Origin: an uncultured Planctomycetaceae bacterium
GTDB lineage: Bacteria; Planctomycetota; Planctomycetia; Planctomycetales; Planctomycetaceae
Assembly: GCA_963976765.1 (NCBI GenBank)
Contig: CAXBME010000031.1
Coordinates: forward strand, 62,001-100,911
Direction: 5' to 3'
DNA: 38,911 nucleotides
The position numbers were made by a program, and so were the translations under genes. Positions within the stretch are counted from its first letter, which is position 1. Each line of letters opens with the position of its first letter. The notes under the pieces were generated by a model. It was not told where the DNA came from, did not search any database, and was given only the letters and a program-made list of their open reading frames with translations. Positions 7,915 to 17,499 of the stretch are shown here, in pieces.

Positions 7915-9738
7915 TCATTCGGTTGGCCTGATTTCCAGGTTACGTGGTTCGCCCGTTGTTTGCAGGCCTTCGATCTGCTGCAGGTAAGACTCGAAGTCCT
8001 GGGAGTCAGGTCGAGAGTAGTTCAAGTTGCGAAACAGGCCGGTCAGTCGCGTGAAATAGTCCCGTGCCTGATCTTTGTCAGTGAATAACCGGTCGCGGTC
8101 GATGAGGCGTTTCAGCAGCAGGAACATCTGCTTCTGACGTTCCAGCGGGACCGACACATCGACTGGATCGAAGGCGTCCTGCTGCAGGTAGGCGATGTCC
8201 AGCAGCAGGGACTTTTGCCAGGTCACATAGTCTTCCAGCGAGATGCCTTCCTCACCGGTGACCTGCATCATCTGGTGAATCGAATTGCCGGCACTGAGTA
8301 TCTCGGCAAGGGAATCAACCAGGTCGGTCCAGCCGGGATGTAAGTCGCGGTCGAAGTGCGAACGAAGCTGGTCGCGGTAGCGTGACCACGAGATCAGCGG
8401 ATCGATGGCGGGATAGGACCGCCGGTAAGCACGGTCGTACGACAGGCCGAGGAATGTTTTCACGGTGCTCAGGGTCGACTGTGTGACCGGCTCTTCGAAG
8501 TTTCCACCCGCTGGCGAGACCGTGCCGATCAGTGTGAGGCTGCCGGTTGAATGGTCTGCTGTGGAGAGGACGCCGGCTCGTTCGTAAACCGTCTTGATGG
8601 CCGAATCGAGGTAGGCGGGAAAGGCTTCTTCCCCCGGAATTTCTTCCAGACGTCCGGATGTTTCCCGCATGGCCTGCGCCCAGCGCGACGTCGAGTCAGC
8701 CAGCAGCAGGACATCCAGGCCCATCTGCCGGTAGTACTCGCCCAGCGTGATGCCTGTGTAGATCGAGGCCTCTCGGGCGGCGACCGGCATCGACGATGTG
8801 TTGCAGACGATAATCGTGCGGTCCATCAGCGAGCCGCCGGTACGCGGGTCCTGAGCCTGCGAGAACTCATTGATTGTGTCGACGACTTCGCCGGCACGTT
8901 CGCCGCAGGCCACAACGATGACGACGTCCACGGTCGAGTATCGCGCGATCAGTGTCTGGAGCACGGTCTTGCCGGCTCCGAACGGGCCAGGGATGCAGGC
9001 CGTACCGCCGCGAGCGACGGGAAAGAACGTGTCGATGATGCGGATCGTGGTGACGAGTGGTTCTGACGGATACTTCCGCTCGACAAGTCGCTGTCGCAGC
9101 AGATCGGACGGCAGCGGTATCCGCACCGGCCATTCCTGTCGCATCGTGAGAGGTCGGTCGCCGTGAGTATCACGGATGCGGGCAATGGGTTCGTCCACGG
9201 TGAAATTGCCACCTTGAATCCATGTCAGTTCGACGGTGCCATCAAGATCGAAGGGGATCATGATGCGGTGTTCGATGCCGCGTTCCTGGACCGTTCCCAC
9301 GACATCGCCGGCGCGGAGTCGGTCTCCGGTACGTCGACTCGGCACGAACGACCATTTGTGGTCGGTGTTGAGTGGGTCCACGTAGCGACCACGGCGCAGG
9401 AAGAAGCCGTCGCGGGCGGCGAGTGTTTCCAGCGGATTCTGCAGGCCGTCGTAGACCGCCCCCAGTAATCCAGGCCCGAGTGAAGCGGACAGCAGTCGGT
9501 GCGTGAGTTCCACGCGATCACCAACCCGCACGCCGAGCGTATCTTCGAACACCTGCAGATCGGCCGTCCGTCCATGAATCCGCAGGACTTCGGACTTCAA
9601 CCGTTCGTCGTCATCGCCAACGCAGACGTACGCGACTTCGTTCTTCACGATGCTGCCGTCGGGAGCTTCGATCGACACGATGTTGCCGTTGACGCCTGTT
9701 ACGACTGCTTCAGTGTTTTCAGTAACTGATACGGACAT
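7915..9738 (-). CDS. atpA: V/A-type ATP synthase subunit A
   Basis: Walker [70 protein letters not shown]. Confidence 0.96.
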   Translation of the reverse strand: MSVSVTENTEAVVTGVNGNIVSIEAPDGSIVKNEVAYVCVGDDDERLKSEVLRIHGRTADLQVFEDTLGVRVGDRVELTHRLLSASLGPGLLGAVYDGLQNPLETLAARDGFFLRRGRYVDPLNTDHKWSFVPSRRTGDRLRAGDVVGTVQERGIEHRIMIPFDLDGTVELTWIQGGNFTVDEPIARIRDTHGDRPLTMRQEWPVRIPLPSDLLRQRLVERKYPSEPLVTTIRIIDTFFPVARGGTACIPGPFGAGKTVLQTLIARYSTVDVVIVVACGERAGEVVDTINEFSQAQDPRTGGSLMDRTIIVCNTSSMPVAAREASIYTGITLGEYYRQMGLDVLLLADSTSRWAQAMRETSGRLEEIPGEEAFPAYLDSAIKTVYERAGVLSTADHSTGSLTLIGTVSPAGGNFEEPVTQSTLSTVKTFLGLSYDRAYRRSYPAIDPLISWSRYRDQLRSHFDRDLHPGWTDLVDSLAEILSAGNSIHQMMQVTGEEGISLEDYVTWQKSLLLDIAYLQQDAFDPVDVSVPLERQKQMFLLLKRLIDRDRLFTDKDQARDYFTRLTGLFRNLNYSRPDSQDFESYLQQIEGLQTTGEPRNLEIRPTE

Positions 9739-10387
9739 GATCCCCGAGGGTCTCCGTCAGAAGTGACTCGAACCGCTGCCGACCGAGAGATTCATTCAAC
9801 CGCGTCCAGCGATCGACAATCTCCCACCGTGCCAGGTACAGCAGGATGGTTTCGAAAGAGAAATGGAACTCGTCTCCACGCTGGACCCAGCGATTCCAGA
9901 CGGCGAGCAATAGTTGACGTTCTGCCTGTCGTGGCTCGTTCGCTTCGAGGTACTGGCGGAATAGTGGAATCCACGGGTGCTCCCGAGCGAGGTGGAAGTC
10001 GGGGTGCGTCCAGTACTTCCTTATGTGCTCGACATATCGGCCGACGGCCTTGGGCGGTTCCTGATTCAGACGTCGATGTCGCAGCCCACTGGTAATCGTG
10101 CGAACGTCCATGCGATGGCTGATGATCTCGCGGACGAGCGGGTTCGTGATGGAACTCATCAGCCGGTCGTATTCAGAACAGACTTCCACATCTGATCGTT
10201 CGCGGTGCTGACGGTCCCAGTGCAGGAAGTTCTGCATCTGTTCCGTAACCGCGCGATCACGATCACCGAGCAGAGTCAGTCGCTGCTGCAGGCGAATGCG
10301 TGAAATCGGCAGCTGTTCGACATCGAACGTCCGTGGCATGTGCGGCAGACTGGCGATGAGCATGTAGTAGTTGGTGGAACGGGGCAC
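9719..10387 (-). CDS. V-type ATPase subunit C-like protein (DUF2764-type)
   Basis: N-terminal YYMLIASLP and C-terminal FSFETILLYL, typical of this family. Located between subunits E and A. Confidence 0.75.
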   Translation of the reverse strand: MPRSTNYYMLIASLPHMPRTFDVEQLPISRIRLQQRLTLLGDRDRAVTEQMQNFLHWDRQHRERSDVEVCSEYDRLMSSITNPLVREIISHRMDVRTITSGLRHRRLNQEPPKAVGRYVEHIRKYWTHPDFHLAREHPWIPLFRQYLEANEPRQAERQLLLAVWNRWVQRGDEFHFSFETILLYLARWEIVDRWTRLNESLGRQRFESLLTETLGDHVRISY

Positions 10388-10407
10388 GTTGGATCCTGTC
10401 AGACGTC

Positions 10408-11076
10408 TTATTGAATGATGCCTTCCATCAGGGCGCGAAACCGTGGCGCGAGATGCCGCAGGAGCAGGTCGGCTACGGCTTTATCAGTGAGATCGATTTC
10501 GAGATCTTCGTCTTTCAATGCAATGCGGATACCAGCATCGACATCGCTGGCTGCGCCGACTTCCACGCCCTCACGCAGGATCTCCTTTGTGATCGTGACG
10601 ACGAAGCTGCTCAGCGTGCCTCCCTTCGCTTCTTCCGGATGACGACGCAGTTCCTCAAGGCCGACGTAGTCTTTCGGAAGCAGAATTCTGGTCGAGGCGT
10701 CGGCAGGTGGAGCCGCTCGTCCGGCGACTTCCCGAATCAACTGCTGCAGGAAACCCTGGTCCTGCAGTTCCCGAGTCACGAGTCGTCGGACACGGTCAGC
10801 GAAGTGCTCCGCCAGTTCGGATTTCAACGTCAGAATCGCATCACGCACTGCCAGACGTACGGCTTCTTCACCGGCTTCTCTGGTCTGGCGGGCTTCTTCA
10901 CGAGCCTTGGCGACGATGTCTTCTGCCTCGCGGCGGGCTTCGTCCAGTCGCTGTTCCGCACGCCGGCGCGTTTGTTCGAGGAGTTCGTCGGCCTGACTCT
11001 GTCCCTCGGCCACGCCCTGCTCGCGGAGGCGCTGGATGAGTTCATCGACGCCGGATGACTCTTTGTCTGCGCTCAT
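10408..11076 (-). CDS. atpE: V-type ATP synthase subunit E
   Basis: GVDELIQRLREQGV start, long coiled coil, GIRIALKDEDLEIDLTD C-terminus; operon context. Confidence 0.85.
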   Translation of the reverse strand: MSADKESSGVDELIQRLREQGVAEGQSQADELLEQTRRRAEQRLDEARREAEDIVAKAREEARQTREAGEEAVRLAVRDAILTLKSELAEHFADRVRRLVTRELQDQGFLQQLIREVAGRAAPPADASTRILLPKDYVGLEELRRHPEEAKGGTLSSFVVTITKEILREGVEVGAASDVDAGIRIALKDEDLEIDLTDKAVADLLLRHLAPRFRALMEGIIQ

Positions 11077-11124
11077 ATTTCACTCACTACTGATTCAGAA
11101 CTCTTATTACGAAAACTCACGACG

Positions 11125-11586
11125 TCAGGAAGCGGCTCCTCCGGGAATTCCGCCCCCGACGATCATGGCGAAAATGAATGCAAACACGGCAAAACCTTCG
11201 ACGATTGCCGCCGGAGCGATCGAGAGTCCGAAGACTTCAGGTTTCGACTTTGTGGTGTTGATGGCCGATGCACAGCACGCGCCCTGCAGCATCGCACTGA
11301 AGACGAGTGCCAGCCCGACGAGCAGTCCCACTGCAAACAGTCCAGGTGCAGCCTCGGCGGTCACAGTCCGGTTGAGCTGCATCGTGACGACGATCCCGTA
11401 GATCGTTTGTGACGACGGCAGCGCGGATGCTCCGACCAGTCGACCGTATCCACTCTCGACATCGAGCAGCGCTCCGCAGGCCGCCTGTCCGGCACGGGCG
11501 CAGCCGACAATGCTGCCGACGGCTCCCATCGCGGTTGGTAGAAAAATGCCGGCCCAACCCAGGCCCAGAATGACGAAGTTTTCCAT
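11125..11586 (-). CDS. atpK: V-type ATP synthase subunit K/c (4-TM proteolipid)
   Basis: 153 aa, hydrophobic, with PSSQTIYG, LQG and IVEGFAVF (ion-binding Glu). Confidence 0.92.
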   Translation of the reverse strand: MENFVILGLGWAGIFLPTAMGAVGSIVGCARAGQAACGALLDVESGYGRLVGASALPSSQTIYGIVVTMQLNRTVTAEAAPGLFAVGLLVGLALVFSAMLQGACCASAINTTKSKPEVFGLSIAPAAIVEGFAVFAFIFAMIVGGGIPGGAAS

Positions 11587-11588
11587 GA

Positions 11589-13385
11589 CTAGATTGCTTT
11601 CTTACAGAATGGTTCGAACGGATAGCCCTCGTCGGGAAGCCCCCACCCGAAGAACTCGATGCAGTTCAGACGCAGGCCGTGTACCACGCCGCTCATGATG
11701 GCCAGCGTGAAGTTGAGGCCGTGTCCAAAGACGACGGCGACGACGGCCAGCGCACTCCCGACGCCGACACAGCAGCTGGCCTTGTAAGTCAACTCGTTGA
11801 ATGTTGCGGCGAGCTGCGCACTGGCCAGACCCAGAGCGAACAGGCGGAGGTAACTCAACACATCACCGAACGCGCGCGAGATACCCGTCAATGCCTGCAG
11901 ACCATCGAGCAGCCGCCAGAGATGGTTGCTCAGCCGCAACGAGAACAGAGTCCGCTCGCTGCTGAACACGAGCACGGAGATCACACCTGTGATGAGACCT
12001 GTGGTGCCAAGGCGAACAAGGTCGGCCTGCGGTTCCATGCCGCTTTTTCCGAAGCCGAGCGCCAGGCCGCCGAGGAGCATTGCCACCCAGCCGAGTGACG
12101 CGAACATCTGTGGCGAACGGCGACGGTTCCACGCGAGTGCAACGTTGGCCAGCGCGAGATGTGCGACGCCCAGGCCAATCGAAATCTGCATCATCAATGT
12201 GGTGTTGGCGGCGTCGATCAGGTGCAGTGTCTGCAGCCATGAACCCTCCGCCGGAGGCAGGCCGAAGTAGCTTCCCACGGCCACCCCGTACGCGACCGAT
12301 GTCACAACGATGGCGAGAGAAAGATGTCGTAGCCGGCGTCTGTCCGGCGATCGGCCGAGTCGTCCCCACAGAACCAGCAGCAGCCCACCGAGGACAAGCG
12401 CGTATCCAGCGTCGGCCATGATCATCGCGAAGAAGACGCTGAACGAGACGAAGACGACCGATGATGGATCCCACGCGCGATAAGCCGGCGTCGTGTAAAA
12501 GGTGACCGCTCCCTGGCCGCCAGCCATCAATCCACTGTTTCTAAGCAGCGTCGGCGGCGAGTCCGTTTCACCTGGCTGCTCGATGGTGAGACCGAGAGCG
12601 TGTTCGCTGGCGAAACGGCGAATGCAGTCTGCCTCAGAGTGCGGAGCCCAACCCTGCAGGACAAACATCGCGGGATCGCTCCACGCGTGTCGCGCGGCCC
12701 GTTGTCGCATCGCCAGGTCGTGAGCGAGATCAATCGTCCGGGTCAGCAGTTTGTTCCAGCGAGTCAGCGCGACCCGCTGCCAGTGCAGGTCTTCCAGTTC
12801 CTGTTCGACGGCCTCCAGCCGCTGACGCAGCTCGGACAACGGGCGGTCATCCAGCCGGACGCGCGGGACAGGCATGGCCTCCGGTTCCGTCGGGCTGACG
12901 ATCACCAGGTAGGTAAATCCCGAGTCGCGCGATGCGACGTGCCGGACTTCGTCACGCTGCCGGACTGACCGCATGTGGAAATGCGGAACGATGTAGAACC
13001 ACAACCGCAGGTCGCCGAGTTCTCCCAGCTCCGGGAGCCGGAAGTCACCCCACGGCGATAAGTCACGCACGGCCGGCAGCAGTTCGTCACGCTCGTCCTG
13101 AAGCTGGTGCTGACGCTGTTCGATGCGAAGCGTCTCGTGAACGACTTCCTCGAACTGGAATCCGTGCTCTGTGAGAACCGGGCGGCGGCGAATGGGGCAG
13201 GCACGCAGATACTTCATTGCCTGCAGTGTTTCCGATGAGATGTCCGGAGTCGGCGGCCTCGGCTCGACGCGTTCGCCCAGATCCAACAGGTGGACACAGC
13301 CGAGATCCTGGAGAGCGTCGAGGACGACTTCCCGCTGATCGGCCGTGCCGAAGAGATTCACTTTGACCATCGACGCAATGGCCAT
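11589..13385 (-). CDS. atpI: V-type ATP synthase subunit I/a
   Basis: LQDLGCVHL, PPTLLRN, FFAMIMADAGY, DVLSYLRLFALGLAS, VHGLRLNCIEFF. The start is placed at ATG 13385 (TGATG overlap with the subunit D stop); the ORF track starts at 13394. Confidence 0.93.
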   Translation of the reverse strand: MAIASMVKVNLFGTADQREVVLDALQDLGCVHLLDLGERVEPRPPTPDISSETLQAMKYLRACPIRRRPVLTEHGFQFEEVVHETLRIEQRQHQLQDERDELLPAVRDLSPWGDFRLPELGELGDLRLWFYIVPHFHMRSVRQRDEVRHVASRDSGFTYLVIVSPTEPEAMPVPRVRLDDRPLSELRQRLEAVEQELEDLHWQRVALTRWNKLLTRTIDLAHDLAMRQRAARHAWSDPAMFVLQGWAPHSEADCIRRFASEHALGLTIEQPGETDSPPTLLRNSGLMAGGQGAVTFYTTPAYRAWDPSSVVFVSFSVFFAMIMADAGYALVLGGLLLVLWGRLGRSPDRRRLRHLSLAIVVTSVAYGVAVGSYFGLPPAEGSWLQTLHLIDAANTTLMMQISIGLGVAHLALANVALAWNRRRSPQMFASLGWVAMLLGGLALGFGKSGMEPQADLVRLGTTGLITGVISVLVFSSERTLFSLRLSNHLWRLLDGLQALTGISRAFGDVLSYLRLFALGLASAQLAATFNELTYKASCCVGVGSALAVVAVVFGHGLNFTLAIMSGVVHGLRLNCIEFFGWGLPDEGYPFEPFCKKAI

Positions 13386-13999
13386 CAGACCCACCTCTGA
13401 TTCATGTCGGCGTGCTGCCGTTTGGCTTTCGCAATCTTGGACCGCACAACGGCCGTCCGTTCCGCGTCTGACAGAAAGATGCGGATACGCTGAATGTTTT
13501 CTTCCGCCTGCGGGATCAGCACTTTCTCGAACAGGTTGACTCGCTGCGTGATGCGGCGGACGGCGTCATTGAGTCGCCGGAGCCGTTCCTGATCGACATC
13601 GATTCGGATGCGAAGAACTGCCATTGATTGCAGCAGCTCAACCAGCAGATCCACCCAGAACGGCCTGGCGAGCATCGAGTATTCGGCAACGTGAACCTGC
13701 ACGTCATCCAGGATCGGGAGTCGGACTCCGAGCACGTTCTCTTCCCTGATCGCGACGGACTCGACCCGAACGAGACCCGTCAGGTCCTGCTCGCTGGCTC
13801 CGAGCAGTGCCAGCAGTTCGCCGCTGGATGACCGTTGTTCATCGATCTCCTGTCGAGTGGCGTCCCGTTGCTGGCGAGCCCGTTGATAGTCCGCGATCAA
13901 CTGCTGCCGTTTCAGGTCAAGTGACGGCAGAAACCGCTGATACATCGCGAGTTGATCGCGCTGCTGTTTGAGAGCCGTCTTGTTGAGTGCCAGAGCCAT
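13385..13999 (-). CDS. atpD: V-type ATP synthase subunit D
   Basis: LNKTAL...FLPSLDLKRQQL and TQRVNLFEKVLIP motifs. Confidence 0.94.
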   Translation of the reverse strand: MALALNKTALKQQRDQLAMYQRFLPSLDLKRQQLIADYQRARQQRDATRQEIDEQRSSSGELLALLGASEQDLTGLVRVESVAIREENVLGVRLPILDDVQVHVAEYSMLARPFWVDLLVELLQSMAVLRIRIDVDQERLRRLNDAVRRITQRVNLFEKVLIPQAEENIQRIRIFLSDAERTAVVRSKIAKAKRQHADMNQRWV

Positions 14000-14002
14000 C
14001 GT

Positions 14003-15391
14003 TCAGCTCCCAGCTTCCGCGTTGACGCTGCCAGTGAGCGCTTCCTGACGCTCATTTCCTGGCACTGGGCTTCTGCGAAAATACTTGTCGATCAATGACT
14101 GCTTCATCAGCAATTCCTCGGGCTCGAAGCACTCGCGCAACGTCTGCCAGCACAGGTCGAGTGCATCGTCGAGCGGCAAAGAAATCCGGATGTCCATAAA
14201 GCGTTCGACGAACAGCTCGCCGAACCGCAGCAGCTTCTGGTCGAACGTCGATAGATCAAATGCCATCGCCTGTTTCTTCTCGGCCTCTTTCGCTCCCGAG
14301 TAAAGGCGGATCATCGTGTTCATGATCTGAGCATGGTCGTCGCGAGTGACTTTGCCGATGACCTGCTGCTTCAGTCGCGACAATGAGCCGAAGGGATCGA
14401 TCATTCCGTCATGCAGATATAGCTGCCCTTCGGTGATGTATCCCGTGTTGTCCGGAACGGGATGCGTCACATCGTCACCCGGCATGGTGGTGACTGTAAG
14501 AATGGTGACCGAGCCAGCGCCCTTGTAATCGCAGGCCCGTTCATAACGCTGGGCGAGTTGTGTGTAGAGGTCGCCCATGTAGCCTCGGTTCGAAGGGACG
14601 CGCTCCATCGCGATGCCGATTTCCTTCAGCGCGTCGGCGTAAGCTGTCATATCGGTGAGCAGCACGAGGACCCGCTTGCCCTCGTCCACCGCGAACCGTT
14701 CGGCAACCTTCAATGCCATGTCAGGGACCAGCAGTCGTTCGACGATCGGGTCCGAAGCCTGATTCACAAACATCACCGTGCGGCCGAGAATGCCCTCGTT
14801 CTCGAATGTTGAGCGGAAGACGTGATAGTCATCGAAGATCAGCCCCAGTCCGCCGAACACGATGATGTCGGCATCCGCTTGAATGCCAATGCGGGCCAGC
14901 AACTGGTTGTAGGGCTCGCCGGCGACGGAAAAGATTGGAATCTTCTGACTCTCGACCAGGCAGTTGAAGAGGTCGATCATCGGGACGCGAGTGTGAATCA
15001 TCTTCTGCGGCACGACCCGCATTTTGGGGTTCACCGATGGCCCACCAATGGGCAGAGCCGGTTCGCTGGACAGGTCCGGCCCGCCGTCGATCGGCTCGCC
15101 CGAACCGCGAAACACGCGTCCGAGAATGCCGGGCGAACACGTCACCTGCATGGAATGCCCGAGGAACCGAACTTTCGCCTGCGTCGACAGCCCCTTGCCA
15201 CCGCTGAAGACCTGCAACGAGACGACGTCGCGGTCCAGCTCAATGACCTGCCCCAGCGACGTGCGTCCATCCCAGTTCTCGACGACAGCCAGGTCACCGA
15301 ATCCCACGCCAGTCGCCCGCACCTTCAGAATATCACCGACGATCGCCAGCACGTTGGTGTATCGAACGAGGTCAGGAATCATCGATTTCAA
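14003..15391 (-). CDS. atpB: V-type ATP synthase subunit B
   Basis: SQKIPIFS, LTDMTAYADALKEI, PSNRGYMGDLY, TMPGDDVTHPVPDNTGYITEGQ, PFGSLSRL. Alternative ATG start at 15382. Confidence 0.96.
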   Translation of the reverse strand: MKSMIPDLVRYTNVLAIVGDILKVRATGVGFGDLAVVENWDGRTSLGQVIELDRDVVSLQVFSGGKGLSTQAKVRFLGHSMQVTCSPGILGRVFRGSGEPIDGGPDLSSEPALPIGGPSVNPKMRVVPQKMIHTRVPMIDLFNCLVESQKIPIFSVAGEPYNQLLARIGIQADADIIVFGGLGLIFDDYHVFRSTFENEGILGRTVMFVNQASDPIVERLLVPDMALKVAERFAVDEGKRVLVLLTDMTAYADALKEIGIAMERVPSNRGYMGDLYTQLAQRYERACDYKGAGSVTILTVTTMPGDDVTHPVPDNTGYITEGQLYLHDGMIDPFGSLSRLKQQVIGKVTRDDHAQIMNTMIRLYSGAKEAEKKQAMAFDLSTFDQKLLRFGELFVERFMDIRISLPLDDALDLCWQTLRECFEPEELLMKQSLIDKYFRRSPVPGNERQEALTGSVNAEAGS

Positions 15392-15484
15392 TTTCCATCG
15401 ATTTCAGGAGTCAGTCCACCGAGCGACCCGCCGCTGGAGACCGCCCAACGTCTTCATGGTAGCCCATTGCCTCGTCTGTTAAAC

Positions 15485-15499
15485 GCAAAGGATATGCCA
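15485..15499 (-). promoter_or_regulatory. Putative sigma54 (-24/-12) promoter of the V-ATPase operon
   Basis: Minus strand TGGCATATCCTTTGC, exact GG-N10-GC spacing, about 95 bp upstream of subunit B. Confidence 0.65.
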
Positions 15500-15910
15500 G
15501 TATTTCAGCTGTTCGAGTTAGCTGCTGCTGCGACGTTGTTTTGGTTGCCCATTGTTGATGTCAGCGAGCGGAAATAGCGAATCACGAGGGAGTGAGCACA
15601 AGTGCCGATGTCGCCATCTACCAGCGGGAAGTCAGAATGAGCAGATTAGCACTCCTGATGGGCGTTTACGCTCCCGTGGCTGGTGCGTGTCACTTCGAAC
15701 CGACGCCGTAGAGATGCTGAGCGAAATCGCCCCATTGTTAAACAATGCGGCCGCACACCGGGGCGACATGGCCCCTGCTGAGTTTGCAATGATTCCGATC
15801 TCAAACGGTCACAACACTGGTACCGATACACCCGATAGAAACTGATTCATCCATGTGGACTGCGACTCTGGGAGATACTCGTTGGGGCTCGCACAGAACA
15901 TTTCGAAAGC

Positions 15911-17464
15911 ATGATGATGCAACGCCATTTGATAACCAGTTCGACATTCATCGCCACGGCACTTGGGCTGGCACCGTTTTTAATCCTGCCACAATGTGTG
16001 GACGCTCAGGATGCCAGTGACGACATCGCACAGATCTCAGAGGTCGCGGTTGCGACCGGTAACGTCGCCTCATCCGCTGCCAGCGTGATTCCAATGGTCG
16101 AACCTCGTCACACGCCGTGCTGCGATCCTCCCGAAGCCGCGAAGAAACCGGGCAGGCCGTACAAAGGCGTCTTCTACGACAACGATTTTCGCTACCTGAA
16201 TGATCCGGGCTACGAGTCGACAGACTGGTTCGACGCCCTCAAAGGAATTGAGCCTGTTGAGGACCTCGTCATCGACGTTGGCGGGGAATATCGGCTGCGT
16301 TTTCACGACGAAAACAATATGCGGCTCAACGGTCGCGACGAGAATTTCATGCTGCACCGCACGCGGCTCTACACCGATGTCCGGTACCAGAAACGCTTCC
16401 GCGCCTTTGCCGAGTTCATTGATGCTGCCAGCTTCGGTGAGGAGCTTCCGACACGTGGCATTTATGTGAACCGGGCCGACTTCCTGAATCTGTTTGGTGA
16501 GGTGACACTGCTTGACGACGAGTCCGGCACGCTGACCGGTCGAGTCGGGCGACAGGAGCTGCAGTACGGCTCGCAGCGGCTGATCTCACCACTCGACTGG
16601 GCCAACACGCGGCGGACATTCGACGGAGCGAAGCTGTTCTGGCAGAGCGACGACTGGAACATAGACGGATTCTGGACGCGGCCAGTCCCGTTCGGTCAGC
16701 ATGTCCCGGACGACCACAACTTCGACAATCCCGATGAGAGTCAGCAGTTCTACGGTGTCTTCTCGACTTACAAAGGCTGTGAGAACCAGACAGTTGATCT
16801 CTACTACCTCGGCCTGCAGGAGAGCGGTGCTCCCACGACGGGAGTTTCGTTTGACACACACACCATCGGTGGTCGCTGGGACGGCAAACACGAGAACTGG
16901 CTGTGGGAAATTGAAGGCGGTGTGCAGTTTGGAGACTTCGCCGGGCTCGACCAGAACGCCGGGTTCTGTACGGTCGGTCTCGGTCATAAGTTCGCCGATC
17001 TGCCCTGGACCCCGACGTTTCACGCCTTCTACGACTGGGCCTCCGGGGATTCGGATCCGACTGACGGCAAGCGGGGCACGTTCAACCAGCTCTTCCCGTT
17101 CGGCCACTTCTACATGGGTTTCACTGATCTTGTCGCCCGTCAGAACATCAGAGACACCAACTTCCGACTGACACTGAAACCGTGCGACAAAGCCACGCTG
17201 ATCCTGTGGTGGCATATTTATCAACTCGATGAGGCTCGCGATGCCCTCTACAACGCCGGCAGCGGTGTTGTGCGATCCGATCCAACGGGTGCGGCCGGCA
17301 CGGACGTCGGGAACGAGCTGGACCTGCTGCTCAAGGTCAACGTCGATCAGCACGCCGACCTTCTCTTTGGTTACTCACGACTGTTTGCGGGCGACTTTAT
17401 TAAACGAACCGGAGTCGGACAGGACGTCGACTTCTTCTACACGCAGTTCAGTTACAAGTTCTAA
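15911..17464 (+). CDS. Alginate export (AlgE-like) outer-membrane beta-barrel family protein
   Basis: Signal-like N-terminus; GGEYRLR, RVGRQELQYGSQRLISPLDWANTRRTFDG, ASGD, TFNQLFPFGH, DVGNELD; C-terminal YKF. Confidence 0.85.
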   Translation: MMMQRHLITSSTFIATALGLAPFLILPQCVDAQDASDDIAQISEVAVATGNVASSAASVIPMVEPRHTPCCDPPEAAKKPGRPYKGVFYDNDFRYLNDPGYESTDWFDALKGIEPVEDLVIDVGGEYRLRFHDENNMRLNGRDENFMLHRTRLYTDVRYQKRFRAFAEFIDAASFGEELPTRGIYVNRADFLNLFGEVTLLDDESGTLTGRVGRQELQYGSQRLISPLDWANTRRTFDGAKLFWQSDDWNIDGFWTRPVPFGQHVPDDHNFDNPDESQQFYGVFSTYKGCENQTVDLYYLGLQESGAPTTGVSFDTHTIGGRWDGKHENWLWEIEGGVQFGDFAGLDQNAGFCTVGLGHKFADLPWTPTFHAFYDWASGDSDPTDGKRGTFNQLFPFGHFYMGFTDLVARQNIRDTNFRLTLKPCDKATLILWWHIYQLDEARDALYNAGSGVVRSDPTGAAGTDVGNELDLLLKVNVDQHADLLFGYSRLFAGDFIKRTGVGQDVDFFYTQFSYKF

Positions 17465-17499
17465 GCGTCTCCTGCGATGTCGAAAACGGGCGTCGCAAT

